A stretch of 63,997 bases of DNA, the filler included, from Dimargaris cristalligena (taxonomy: Eukaryota), in NCBI GenBank assembly GCA_003614675.1. It is 7 parts of 7 records of this genome, joined end to end, with 100 filler letters (N's around TTAATTAATTAA, not from the genome) between each part and the next. Parts side by side here need not be neighbours in the genome. Positions count along the whole stretch, not along the records: positions 18,410 to 27,495 come from ML003288.1; positions 27,596 to 36,646 come from ML003289.1; 5 more parts are not named here. One strand, 5' to 3'. Under the pieces are notes generated by a model, which made no database searches, was not told the DNA's origin, and worked only from the letters and a program-made list of their open reading frames with translations. Below, one piece after another: positions 24,703-36,746 of the stretch (position 1 is the stretch's first letter; the number at the start of each line of letters is the position of its first letter). The translations under genes and the position numbers were made by a program.

Positions 24703-27371
24703 ATATATAGCCGAGCGGCCTAGGAATGTTAGGCTAAAGGGAGTATTCCCTAGGCAGGGCCAAAGTATGCGCCATTAGGAGATACATTGTATATTGGATA
24801 AGAAGACAAGGGGTATGTGATAGACGAATGAGAAAGACAGGAGTTCCGACGGAGACTAAAATACCGCCAACCATTGAACTGCCCATGGCTTATTGATGAT
24901 ATCTGGGCAGAAAGGAAGACTGGGGCACCCGCTTCCGTTATTCTATTTTTAGCTGGGGAGGCTGCCAAGCCTAGTAATGAAGGTATTCGTAGATTACGTC
25001 GATAATTCCCTATCTAAAATCCTATACAGCCATTGAGGATTCCCTCCCCATTCCATTTATATTAGCTGCATTAGTGACACCTACTCTACTAATTTACTGT
25101 CAAGAAAAAAGGGATATATACGCATTGGGCTATAATATGAAATAGTGGACCTTTGGTCGCTGTAGAGGTTGCTGCCCAGCGACCTCAAGAGTTCACTCCA
25201 AACCACGAAGATTAGATATGAAGTACGCTTTTGCTAAACTAATGGCACTTTCTACTCAAAACCACTTAGCTAGAGACCAGTTGAGGATATGTAAATATAA
25301 AATAGTGAATTTATTCGATATTGGTCACACTATATCGACAATATGGTTACGATTTATATGCCTGGAAAATGTACTAATAAAATGGCAATGAATAACAAGC
25401 AAAGCAAGGGAAATTGGGCTGTAACATTGTTGGGTCAGTAATGTTGTCGTTAACTGCAAGTGAGGACCATGTGAATTAAATGAACATGAAAAGTCACAAA
25501 CATCTATCTATCTAAATATGTATGCACCTTAAAACCTTCCGAAAGACAGCCTGCAATGCATTAAAACTAAGTTACCGGACAACTGGGTATTACTATACTA
25601 GTAAGTGTTAGAAAATGGCACCTTATAACTGGAGTCATGTTTATACTTATCTTACTCACCTGATTTTATCTATATTCTATTATCAACTATTCAGTCATTA
25701 CTCAACAAAACCAAGTGAAGAGGTTCTCCTGCATCTCTTTGCGGCTTTTCTCTCTTATTATTGTTTTGATATATTTTATTAGCTTACGAATTCTATCTAG
25801 AATACATCTCCAACAGTAAGTTGATTATATGAGCTATCAATGTATCCAAAGTGGCAGATAAATATATTATGCTGATGTGGCTAACTGAGTGGTACAGTAT
25901 TGGGTACCTCATTATTGAACTGGAGTAGGTCTACTGCACTGGGCGCTATTGGTAAGCAACCCATTATCAGCAGCTCACAGACATCAGGCAACTGTATATG
26001 CAGCCAAACTAGCTCTGGGGAAACTCGGCAGGCTTGTCGTGTGGGGGGGGGGTAAATTCGTCACTTGACCATAACCGCATTGACTGTTACTGGGATGGAA
26101 CGAGGCTAATTCAGCGGGGCAGTGTTGACCCTTGGATGGCCGACGGATGTAGGACCTCTTTCTAGCATTATATAGAGGCGTCGTTGAGTTTTTCCCAGCC
26201 ACCTGTGCCCCATGAACACCTACATGGTAACTTGCCAAGGGAACATCGGGGCCGGCAGCAGTGTGGCGGGAATGCCTGGCGAGAGGGGAAGGGAATATGG
26301 ACATACAAGTAGGAATGCAGTTGGCGGTGGACTGTACCATCGGTTGCTGATGTTTAATACATTACACCAGGGAAGAGCGGGGGGCCGACGTCAGTTTGGT
26401 TGGGTTCTCCCGAGCAGGCGTCGAAGGAAAATTGGTGGCTTTAATGGTAAGGGGCTCAAACATCGGAATTTTCTGAGTACGAGTGAGCACAGCTTCGAAC
26501 CGAGAATCGCTGGTAAGTGGCCTATCGGTCGGTTCTTCGATGGACCAATCCAAAGTATCAATTGACAGTGGGGGAGGGCGGCAGCAGGACATTGGTCAGG
26601 CAGTCGGTTAATCCTAGTTTTTTGGGCTTGAGTGGTGGATCAAGCGAAGCCATTCCTGGAGATACTTGGTATGGGGTGGTAGACGAGTCAGCTGAGGAGC
26701 TTGATAAGTGTTCGAAAGTTGGGTGATAGCGATCCTATACCATAGAGGCAGTGACACACCCTCGGTGGATCACTTTGGGCATTCGGATCTCTGCCATACC
26801 ATTGGGTACCAGTGGCTTGAACTTCTTGACAATCCATTAGCAATCGGGGCCAGTGCAAGTTGCTTGAAAATGCGGGAGGGCAACCGGGGAAACAGTGGAT
26901 AGCTTTGATGGAATGAAGCAGGAAACACGATGGTTGGTGAGGATAGGTGAGGTTTGGCAGTGGAAGGGCAAGTTAGGGGTTCTGTGGATTTGAAACACAG
27001 TAGATGTCACCGGTTGGCAGTGGTGTTGGTGCTCAAAGTTGTGGTGGTGGAGCGTATTTTCAAGGTGGAACATGTATTATAATGACCTGATCAAGGAATG
27101 CAGCTCTTATAAATACTCTATTATGTAGAGGGCATAACTGTAGGGGACAGCCGTCATGCACATGGCAAATTCCTTACATATTTAGACATTGGATATTGCT
27201 TACTTGGGGCAGGAAAAAATTGTGCAGGGAAAATCACACTACTGAATCCTTGCTTCGGGAAGCTGCCGTATTGCTGAATATTGATCCAGCAAAAATCACC
27301 GATACCCCCCTTGTTTCCGGTCTACAGCAAGAGGTTCATGATGGTTCTCCTAAATATCCAAGTGTGTATAT

Positions 27372-27495
27372 GGGTGAAATTCAAACCAGCTGTATAAGGT
27401 TTTACACAATACGTGTATGGGCGAATATATGTGAGAATAACTTTTAACCAGTAATATTGGCCTCATCCAATGGATTTTTCATTATACAGCCTGAA
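27372..27495 (+). mobile_element. MITE-like element, copy C (truncated by the contig end)
   Basis: About 5 differences from copy A over 124 nt; left flank ATAT. Confidence 0.85.
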
Positions 27496-27595
27496 NNNNN
27501 NNNNNNNNNNNNNNNNNNNNNNNNNNNNNNNNNNNNNNNTTAATTAATTAANNNNNNNNNNNNNNNNNNNNNNNNNNNNNNNNNNNNNNNNNNNN
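27496..27595. other. Artificial contig linker
   Basis: N44-TTAATTAATTAA-N44. Confidence 0.99.
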
Positions 27596-28070
27596 TGTCG
27601 TGCTTAATAATCTAAAGGATTAAAGCCGACTACCTATGAAGGACTAGGTGTCATCATCACCTAGTTCTATCAAGGAGGCGCGGGAATTCGGCCTTGTTGA
27701 AGGATCAGCATCCTTCAGCCCTTCCCGCCACTCGATTCACATATTCTATATATCACCTTCATTATATACCCGTCTATTATTAGTTATCATTTATATTACT
27801 ATCTAGTAGCGTTTTCCAGCATCTTCTATACCGGTTTGATGCCTTTACCATTAGTCTGCTCGGCTATATAAAGCCGAGCCAATTCCTATAGTTACTCTTC
27901 AGTTAATTACCATTTATTCTATACCCCCTTTTATAGTTAACTCAATCTATTAGATATCTCCCTTATTCTTATCTATAAAGCGCCCTTCGCATCAACTGCC
28001 TGTGTGTTAGCTCTTGTAAACTTGTCCGAAGCGTAGCCATTTAGCATATTGTGGAATTTAGCCTACGACA
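27596..28070 (+). mobile_element. LTR (solo or 3'), family 3
   Basis: TGTCGT...ACGACA inverted termini; internal TATATAAA near 27865; homologous to 33130-33548; the contig begins exactly at the TG. Confidence 0.7.
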
Positions 28071-28798
28071 CAGCCTAGGCCCAATCTTATTCATGAAGCG
28101 CAGTAATGAAGTCTCCAAATAAATTACCCCCCTTTGACCATTCCCACCTCCTTATTTTTCTATTATGTATTCCTATTTGTTTGCCACTCTCCTTATATCC
28201 ATTTTCCTAGTAGTGTCATCCTACATTATATTTTCTGGTTCCGCACTTATATCCTTAGTCTGCCTGGCTAGATTAAGTGAAAGGGACCACTATAATCATA
28301 CCATAGTTAATTAGGCATTATTTGAATGCACCCATTACGAGTCTACTCATTATTTTACATCTGGTGTCATGTATTTTTTACTCTATAAACTACCCTTCAC
28401 TGCCTTATGTTGAGCATCCTCTGAGTGTACTTTCCCTTGGTGTATTAATTTACATAGCTAATGGGGTTTTTATCTTGGACATATCTGAAGACTTCCTTGA
28501 GGTTAATTTACCTTATAATGGCTATATCACTGTGTAAATATACAAGTGTTTACAATAGAGGCAATTGTTGTTAAATTATTAACAATTGTTGTGGTACATA
28601 ACTTATATAAGATAAAAACCAGCTAACTATAATCCACAGCTAATATTACATTTAGCTTTATGAGTAATGTATGTTGGGCCATTTTCCTAGATGATATTAA
28701 CAATAACAAGATTAATACTACTTCTATTAAGTTTTATCCAAAAACTATACTATCTTATATATATTTACTAGTCTATCCTTAGTATAGTTGATTTATAT

Positions 28799-29516
28799 TG
28801 TCATTCAGGTTTACTACTCTTAGTCCATCAAGAGTCCTGAGGATAGGCTTCTAACAGTAGGTGGGGCTTAGGCTTAGCTAGGTAGGTTACTAGTATTGGG
28901 TACAGGCACAATACTAACTAATAAAGGTAAGAGTATTAGAATGAATGAATATACTAAAATGCAAAGCCTTTGTGTATCAAAGTAAATGAAAGTAAAGAAA
29001 GTTATGAGAGTTGTGTGGAATACACTCCACTATGTGTTTTACCATATGACTATTGACTGTGTTGAGAGTTGGGATATAATTCTCTGTGATGGGAGAATCT
29101 CTAAGAATATAATTTGATAGAGGCATGAGCTGCCTTTCTAACAAAGAGTAGGTATATATAAGGGACATACTACCAGTACACTTACTAGTATTAAAGAATA
29201 CATTCCTATATGTTCTTTATCCTATCCTGTTTCACCTAATTATGTTAGTTTATTCTGCTATCATGAGATCATTCATATTAGCCACTTATATTGCACCCCA
29301 TTAAAATTACAGTTTAATAAAAACTAACCACCTAGAGGCACCTAATATCCTCTAGCTGCTTTCTTCCCTTACTTCTAGTTTTATTTTCTTTACATCCTTA
29401 GTATTCCAACATAAATAAGCTGACTGGATGGCCATTGGTAACCAGAAGAGTCTTTAGATTAGCTCTCAAGTAATTAGTGTGAAAAAAACAGTATCCAGAA
29501 GGGGAAAGGAATATAT
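28799..29516 (-). mobile_element. Fragmented old LTR family-1 copy (pieces at about 28799-28930, 29160-29195 and 29410-29516)
   Basis: The pieces match successive segments of the 44892-45480 and 53674-54245 LTRs in collinear order. Confidence 0.65.
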
Positions 29517-29652
29517 GGGTGAAGTTCAGCTTGGCTAAATAAGGTTTTAACCAATATGTATATGGGAAAATGGGTGGGATGTTTATTTTCAACTAGTAGT
29601 ATCTACCTCATTAAATGGATTTTTTATTATATAGCCCTGTTGAACTACTCCC
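29517..29652 (+). mobile_element. 136-bp MITE-like element, copy D
   Basis: GGGTGAAGTTCA ... TGAACTACTCCC; perfect ATAT on both sides. Confidence 0.8.
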
Positions 29653-29660
29653 ATATATAG

Positions 29661-30273
29661 TGAGGTGCCAAATTAGATAAAACTAGGTAAAAGTTTAAGC
29701 AGCACCTAAAACTAAGGTGATAAAAAGGGACTTTTGCCAAGTGCAAGGAGAACAGAGAGTAAACTGAGTAGTAGCTAATAGTCACCTGAAGCTAAGGTGG
29801 TATTAGTGTTCTATGAGGGGGTCAAAGGGGTCAGATAACAATATCTAGGAAGTAAGGGGCTAAAGTTGTCTATCCTTTCAAGGGGACAGATAAGGGGTTT
29901 ATTTATAGTTTTTCATCAGAGGGGAAATATAGGGAGAATCAGAGGGAAATGATGGATTAGTTATCAACATGAGGACTTATGCATGTGATAGAACTATAAA
30001 CTAATTGGAATAGGCTAAGCACATGTAAAGGCTTAGCAGGAACAGAGAGACCAATCAGTGGGGTGGTGGGCTGGTAGTTATGTGAAATATAGCCAGTGAA
30101 ATGTAAAGACCAATCAGTGTGATAGTGGGCTGGTAGTTATATGAAATATGGCCAATGAGAATTGAAAACAAATCAGTGAGCTGGTAGCATGTGGTTATGT
30201 GAAACATGGCCAATGAATGGGAAAAATAGAGAAAGTGGAAGAAATGAAAATGTAATGTGGTGTAGGTACCACA
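29661..30273 (-). mobile_element. Solo LTR, family 2, with 4-bp TSD ATAG
   Basis: TGAGGTGCC...GGTACCACA imperfect inverted ends; ATAG on both sides; TATAAATAAAA on the minus strand near 29900; its start resembles 54818-54870. Confidence 0.7.
30049..30218. repeat. About three tandem copies of a 59-bp CCAAT-containing unit inside LTR family 2
   Basis: Units begin (G/A)AC(C/A)AATCAGTG at 30049, 30108 and 30167. Confidence 0.85.
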
Positions 30274-30331
30274 ATAGTCTGACCTAAAAGTTTTATTACT
30301 AGTACTTTAAAATAGAAACTTTTTAAGATAT

Positions 30332-30467
30332 GGGTGGAATTCAAACCAGCTGTATAAGGGTTTACATAATATGTGCATGGGTAAATATATGTAAGAATAG
30401 CTTTTAACTAGTAATCTTGGTCTCATCCAATGGATTTTTTGTTATACAGCCTGATTGAACTTCTCTC
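30332..30467 (+). mobile_element. 136-bp MITE-like element, copy E
   Basis: Close to copies A and C; ATAT on both flanks; ends CTC. Confidence 0.85.
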
Positions 30468-30471
30468 ATAT

Positions 30472-31053
30472 TGTTGGCCCTTCTAATCTAACTTAATCTG
30501 GGTGTAGTGATTGTCTATCCTGACTAGGCCTTATAGCACCATATGTAACTTCCCATGGTCACTCCTGGTACTATAGGATCACCCTATTCAATATAACTGT
30601 CCCCCTTCTGGACTCTTAGGTTCACACCACTTACTCTGGTACTGATCTGACAACTCTTCTGGTTACCACCCAAGTCTTCCAGACCCTCATGACTATCTGG
30701 TCAGCTTATTTAGTATTCCTTAGTCTTAGTAGCATTTCCCTTAGGACCCCCCTCTGGAGTTGTCCCTGCATATATATATCTGGGCCCTATTGGGACCAGG
30801 TAGATTCCTTAGCTTATTCTGACCCCTTAGTTGACTCCTAATAAACTCTATATATACTCACCCCCTCATACTAACTAGGAAGTACACTGCTTTTATATCC
30901 CTTGTATTTATATTACTACTAGCCTTAATTAGTTAGTAAACCTTAATTATACCTGATGCTAGTGACTACTTAGCCAAGCCCAAGTACCACCTATATATTA
31001 GAAGCCTATCCTTAGGACTCTTGATAAACTAAGAGTAGTTAACCTGGGTAATA
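30472..31053 (+). mobile_element. Solo LTR, family 1 (degraded)
   Basis: Starts TGTTGGCCCTTCTAATC and ends GGGTAATA (other copies GGTGACA); collinear with 44892-45480, 53674-54245 and 54484-54817. Confidence 0.8.
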
Positions 31054-31259
31054 TATGTGATAATAATCTAAATAATCTTAATAGTCTATATAAAATACCT
31101 AGTTGATCAATTGCCCCCTCTAAACAGTGAATATACCTAATAGATGAGAAACCAAGGAGTACCTATCCACCTAGGTGGATATAAAAATATGATATTTTTA
31201 AAATACTATAAATATCTATTTATAGTAGCAATGCTGGAATAATTGCATAAATAGCACCG

Positions 31260-31777
31260 TTAGAAAGATTCCGGTGTGGTGGGACACTCCGGTGAGCTGG
31301 AAGAGATGGGTTCCCAATCTTCCACTCGGGTTGTCACATTGACAGTGGCACCAATCGTATTTTTTACTATTCCCGTGATGGGCGTCTGGCTAATCCGCCC
31401 CTGGTACTCTTGGCGGCGTATGTCTATGGCATCTTCGCTCCAATAGGCCATGTACTTGATCACGCCTGTCTTATGGTCCACATACGTGATTAGGGCCTCG
31501 AATTCTGGGGGATATGATCCACTATTTGCGATAAAAATAGAGTCTAAAAAGATTTGTAATATAGTAATAACAGGGGCGTATATTTTAGAAAGCAAATTGG
31601 AGTGAATAACTTCCGAAATGGGGGGAGGGGGAGATTATATAGGAAATAGTTTGCGGAAAGAAACGCACTAAGCAATCAAGGGTTTTGCCACTCACCTCCC
31701 CTTTCTAGAAGCGCGAGGTTTGACGCGGTTGGGTGGTGCCGAGTTACATAAATTGAATTGCAGGTTGAATGAGCCAT
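31260..31777 (-). CDS. Small orphan protein A, 121 aa, 2 exons (paralog of 33897-34351)
   Basis: Exon 1 31777-31696 (82 nt, donor G|GTGAGT). Exon 2 31543-31260 (acceptor TTTTTAG|). Phase 1 matches. TATAAAAA near 31920. Aligns without gaps to paralog B. Confidence 0.7.
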
Positions 31778-33129
31778 GGTTATAAATGGACAGAGTGGTT
31801 GGCTGTATTGACGAGATGCCTTACAGGCAATTCGGGTTGGGAAATCGCAAATAGTGGGAGTTATGTGAAAATGATAGGAAAGCAATGCTGATTTTGAAAC
31901 CAGTTGGCGGATGGCACCTTTTTATACACAAGGGGCCAAGCCGATTGGAGTTGGATCAAAGGAAATCATAGATAGAGGGTTACTTAAGGAAATAATAGGG
32001 TCGTAATCATGGGTCTATATGGGCAGTCTTTCAGAGGTATAGATGAAAGGTTGGAAACACTGTATAGGTATTCAGCGCTGTGGAGGTTCAAGAACTAGAA
32101 TAAAGAGGATACACTTCTATACAATCATTTTAGGAGCCAATGGAAACTATCGTTTGGTTTAGTAAATCACTATCATGTCAGCCAACAGGGGGGGCTGATG
32201 GCTTGGTTGGGAAACCAATTCAAAAGAAAATGAAGTGACAGATGGACACCGTTACTCAACCACTGCTAACCATACAATTTCCAGATAGGATTGCCATTCA
32301 TTGACCTCATCAACCAAAGAACCAATAATACTAAAGTCGGCGTCTCAAAAAGTTGACCAACCCCGAGTGCTCATAGCAATGTATCCACCGGGTTGGCCTA
32401 AATGATTAATGGATATCCTTGTTGGAAAGCCATGCTATTGTTTAATTAGTAGGCCCCTCAATAGGAACTGTTTTTGATAAATGCGGGTTTATGGGAATGC
32501 CGTTATTCATCCAATATCATAATAATGTAGGCTTTGTCTGAAAATGGAAGATGGCAGTGGGCTTAATTGCAAATTTACAGTATGCTAGAATGATATAGGT
32601 TAGAACTATTGAACAATATCAATAAAGGGAATCGTCTCATAGGCTTAGAGTGAAGGGGGGAGGTTAGACCCGTCAAAATGCCCATAAGAATAAGGTCAGT
32701 GGCTAAGTACAATACTTCCCGGTTGCACTTATAATATTAACTAATTTACATTATGCTAAGTTGCAGCCAGTAGGCCAGCTGTTATCGCAAATATGAAGGC
32801 GGTAGTATTTATTTGCGTAGGTAGCTGCAAAAGAGGGGTACCCTCAATAAACACACTCATTAAAATAATGTGTTAGTCAGTGTAGGCTATATGGAGAGTT
32901 CCTTCATCATTTAATGGTTAGCGCACATACCCCATAAGCGAGAACCATTGATGCTGTCTAAATAAATGGTTATAAGACAGCCCGAAAGATAGTAGGATGC
33001 CATTTATGTTATGTTTTGCTATCTTCTTCAAACCTTATCGCAGGTACCTGCTACAAAAGCAATAGTTCCTCATTTCCAGAAGTTCCAGTATATAGAATTA
33101 ATGTCAGGGTTCCACTCGCTTGTGATATC

Positions 33130-33548
33130 TGTGGTGCTTAATAATCGGGGAGGGGAAAGAATCCAACTTTTGGGGGATTACCTTCTTTTAGAATTTCTTG
33201 TCACTTGATTCACATATTTGATATCATTTATTCTCTATTCCGCATTCATCACCATTCCCATCCCTATCTGATCATTTAGTAAGTGCCTTCCAGCATGTTC
33301 TGTGTTGATTTAATATCTCTACATTTGATCTGATTGGCTATAAAAAGATGAACCAATTCCTCTAGTTACCACTTAATTAATGCTGCTCCCCATCAATCTG
33401 TATACTAGTTAACTTGCCTTTATATCTGATATCAGCTACTGTTTTTGTCTAGAAAGTGCCCCTCGCAGCCTCATCTTGAGTGTCCTCTAATAGCTACTCC
33501 TCCTGGGCATGAGTATTCTCACATTTACTAATAATTTCTGCTACAAAA
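33130..33548 (+). mobile_element. Solo LTR, family 3, with 5-bp TSD ATATC
   Basis: Starts TGTGGTGCTTAATAATC (cf. TGTCGTGCTTAATAATC at 27596). Shares the TATA/CCAATTCCT block. ATATC lies on both sides; the terminal CA appears mutated. Confidence 0.7.
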
Positions 33549-33896
33549 ATATCAAGCTATGGAGTATTTATTGAAGGTGTAGAAAAGGGTGAAGATATTC
33601 TTATCATAGTGAATGCTAGTGCTGGAGCTGGCTGATGAGGACAGTTAAGGCCATACGGACCTGTCGGGGGCAATTATCCCAATATACATTCCAGTGGTAG
33701 GAAGGGACAAGTGTATACATAATACTACTAAAAGAATATGAAAATAACTCGGTTCGTGTATAATGATTGGAATACGGGACAAGTAGAAGAATGACCGATT
33801 AAGGCAGTGTAATTACACCGGATAAATGAATAGCCAGTTTAGGCTCGTGGATACATTAATATTTTATGACTGTGCCGGTATCCCATCAGGATGGTC

Positions 33897-34351
33897 TCAT
33901 TTCCGATATTCGGGACACAAGTCATTAACAGGTGTGGCTTTCTTAGTGATATAAGCCATAAGTATATGTAGTAAATCAAAGCGAGCAGTATGAATTTCAC
34001 GCTCAGAAATAACTCCTTTGACACTCCACTGGACCTGATATGTTAGCAGGCTTTCTTCCCGGTTGACATTGGTCACTTTTACGTAATAATGCGTCGGGAA
34101 AGCCAGCGGATTTTTCAGGACCATTGTAACTGCGACTCCCCAATAAATGGAAGATTGGGCACAATAATAGAATAATCAAACTGGCCGTATATAAATGGTT
34201 AATATAACTTGGATTTATATCGTATCAGTGAAGAATTGTCGCAAGAAGTAAGTCCATCGCTTACTTTACCTCCTTGTATAATGTCAATGCTAAATTTCAC
34301 GTCGGGGGAGGTAGTCTTGTAGGGTATTTCGATCGTATCGGATGATTCCAT
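33897..34351 (-). CDS. Small orphan protein B, 104 aa, 2 exons (paralog of 31260-31777)
   Basis: Exon 1 34351-34270 (82 nt, donor G|GTAAAG). Exon 2 34129-33897 (acceptor CGCAG|). Phase 1 matches. TATATAAA near 34490. Confidence 0.7.
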
Positions 34352-34801
34352 TGGAGTAGGTGGGACTGGCGATGGATGGTGCGCTGGCTTTAGTTGGAAA
34401 AGGAAAGGAGGCTGGTTTAGTATAAGGCATATACCGGTATGAATCAAGGATGGTTAGACTTTCTACCAAATGCCTCAAGACATGGTATTTATATAAACAT
34501 CTAAAATTCAGATTGACTGTGTTTTAAGTAAGTATAAGGCAGATTTTCAAACCCAAGATGATTACAATGTCAACTTCCATAACCTAAATCCAATTCCCCA
34601 ATCTCGGGCTTGCCTACCAAATAGGTGGCGTATAATATAATGACCGGCTTAATGATTAATGGGATTAAAGTCGACCCTTCTTTGGGAGCTAGATAATGAT
34701 AACAACTAGTTCTATCAATGAGGTGCGGAAATTCCATCGCCAAAAGATCACTGTTATTTAGCCACTTCCGTCTCTTCATTTTAATATTCGATATAGTATA
34801 T

Positions 34802-34936
34802 GAGAGAGGATCAACTAGAATATCAACAAAAAGTCCGTTAGATAGGGCAAATGTTACTGATTGATAGTGAATCTCCGACATATTTTTCCATACCAATATC
34901 AATAAAGCCCTAATACAGCTGGGCCGAATTTCACCC
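34802..34936 (-). mobile_element. MITE-like element, copy J (135 bp, diverged)
   Basis: Ends ...TACAGCTGGGCCGAATTTCACCC; flanks ATAT/ATGT. Confidence 0.7.
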
Positions 34937-36646
34937 ATGTTCTTTATTCCGCGTTCATTGTTATTGACCATCACATGAAACTATCTAATAGCGTCTTCCA
35001 ATATATTATGGGCTGATTTGATACTGTAATCGTTAGTATGTTCGGCTATCGACGTCCAAGTCTAACCCTATAGTTATTATTTGGTTAATTAGTCGCGCCC
35101 CGTGCTACTTTACAAGTTATTGTGCCTTTTATATTTGATATCCGTCACTATTAGTAGCTATACAACATTATTATGCGTTCTACTTCCTAATATTTGCCTT
35201 GGTACGGACATTATTGCATTAACTGGCGTATTACCCTACGATATGAATGATTTCAAATCATTGATGGTTATTAGAAGTAGTTACCATTTCACAACCCCAG
35301 TGGCGTTTCTAGAAACTCGCACGCTTTGTCGAGGTGTATATGCGTCTTGAACGTATAGCAGCGTGACCCACGGCCGTCAACATGGCTACAGTTACCAGTC
35401 GCATGGCCCTGTAATGCTTTTCGGTTGACCAGTCGTTCCAAATTCTACCAATGCTTTATGTGATGACCAAATATTAATAAATGATCGCGCTGTGAAAGAC
35501 GATTGGTTCACTAAGTTGGAAGTAGCCGTGTTTATTTTGGTCTTAGGAAATAGGAAAGACCAGGGGTGGGGCCCAAAATTGTAACCAAGTTAAACCTTTA
35601 AAGTCCATTACCATCTTCAATACATTATTTAATATTGCAATTAATGTAATCTGTTTTCAGATAGTGGTGTATTATTTCTATATTAAGTCTCGGATGGAGT
35701 ACTGACTCCTGGCCATACCATTGTTGGAAGGAAGGTTGACTGAATCTTCCCACCAAGGCATCCCCGGTTCACTTTCCATTATTATATGGCTAGTCATGCG
35801 GTATTTTAGCCAAGGCCAAGGAGCATCTTAGAAAGGCGCCTTGGATTCAAATACAAGCATCGACCATGGCCCAATTCCCTAACCAACCGGCTGTGATGCA
35901 AGCCGACTTGTCTGCAGCATCCGGCAGGGCTGTCTAATCATTTTATTTTTCATTTACGTAGGTCTTCTTGGCGATTACAGGAATTTGTCAACATCTACTT
36001 TTATTAATAGCATCGTAATGTGAAGGAGAACTTCTAACTAACTACTGACAATAACCAATATCAGCTTCCCCCTATTACAACGATACATACATTTACACCA
36101 GCACTTCCGGTAAATACTAAAAGTTGGGTTGCGCATGACCGGTCAAATAGCTTCCAAATAGGATCGGTAGGATTGATTTTAAATAGCTAAGGGCGACAAA
36201 ATCTTTAAGAGAGATGAGTGTATAGTACTGGTTGTGATATTCAAGGAGGCAACGGGCCACCTAATACGTATCCTAGGGGTATAGCAAACCTACCACAGGT
36301 CAACTAACTACTACGAATGGAATCTCCTATGCCAGCAGATGCATTGTCTTTGTTTTAGTTTGTGCATTCGCTTTCACCTTATTATCGTTAATAGATGCCG
36401 TCGACGTTTGTTATTTTATTGGCGATTCTTATTTCGCTCAATGGACAAGTCCACGGTCTATAATAACCGAAAGTCGTCGTGCACATGTGTAAAGAACACG
36501 GCAGAGATAAATTTTGATAGTAAAAATGGAATAAACTAATAGGGTCGGCTGGTAGGAAGGAATAAAAGAAGGAGAAAGATAGAGAAACAAATTTTCACTA
36601 GAAAATTTTTCCTTTCTACTTCGGGGAAAGTAATATTTTTACGGAA

Positions 36647-36746
36647 NNNNNNNNNNNNNNNNNNNNNNNNNNNNNNNNNNNNNNNNNNNNTTAATTAATT
36701 AANNNNNNNNNNNNNNNNNNNNNNNNNNNNNNNNNNNNNNNNNNNN
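36647..36746. other. Artificial contig linker
   Basis: N44-TTAATTAATTAA-N44. Confidence 0.99.

Noticed and set aside
25984..27073. GC-richer minus-strand stretch with several short ORFs (possible pseudogene)
   Set aside because: Stop density is not clearly below random and no domain is recognisable.
33631..33670. CTGATGAG hammerhead-core-like motif with a GACAG/CTGTC stem (also CTGATGAG at 54132 and 54891)
   Set aside because: The required GAAA after stem II and the remaining stems are absent.
34570..34974. 134-aa ORF and other short ORFs overlapping MITE/LTR copies (e.g. 27196, 29398, 44961, 45082)
   Set aside because: They run through non-coding repeats and are not conserved among copies.
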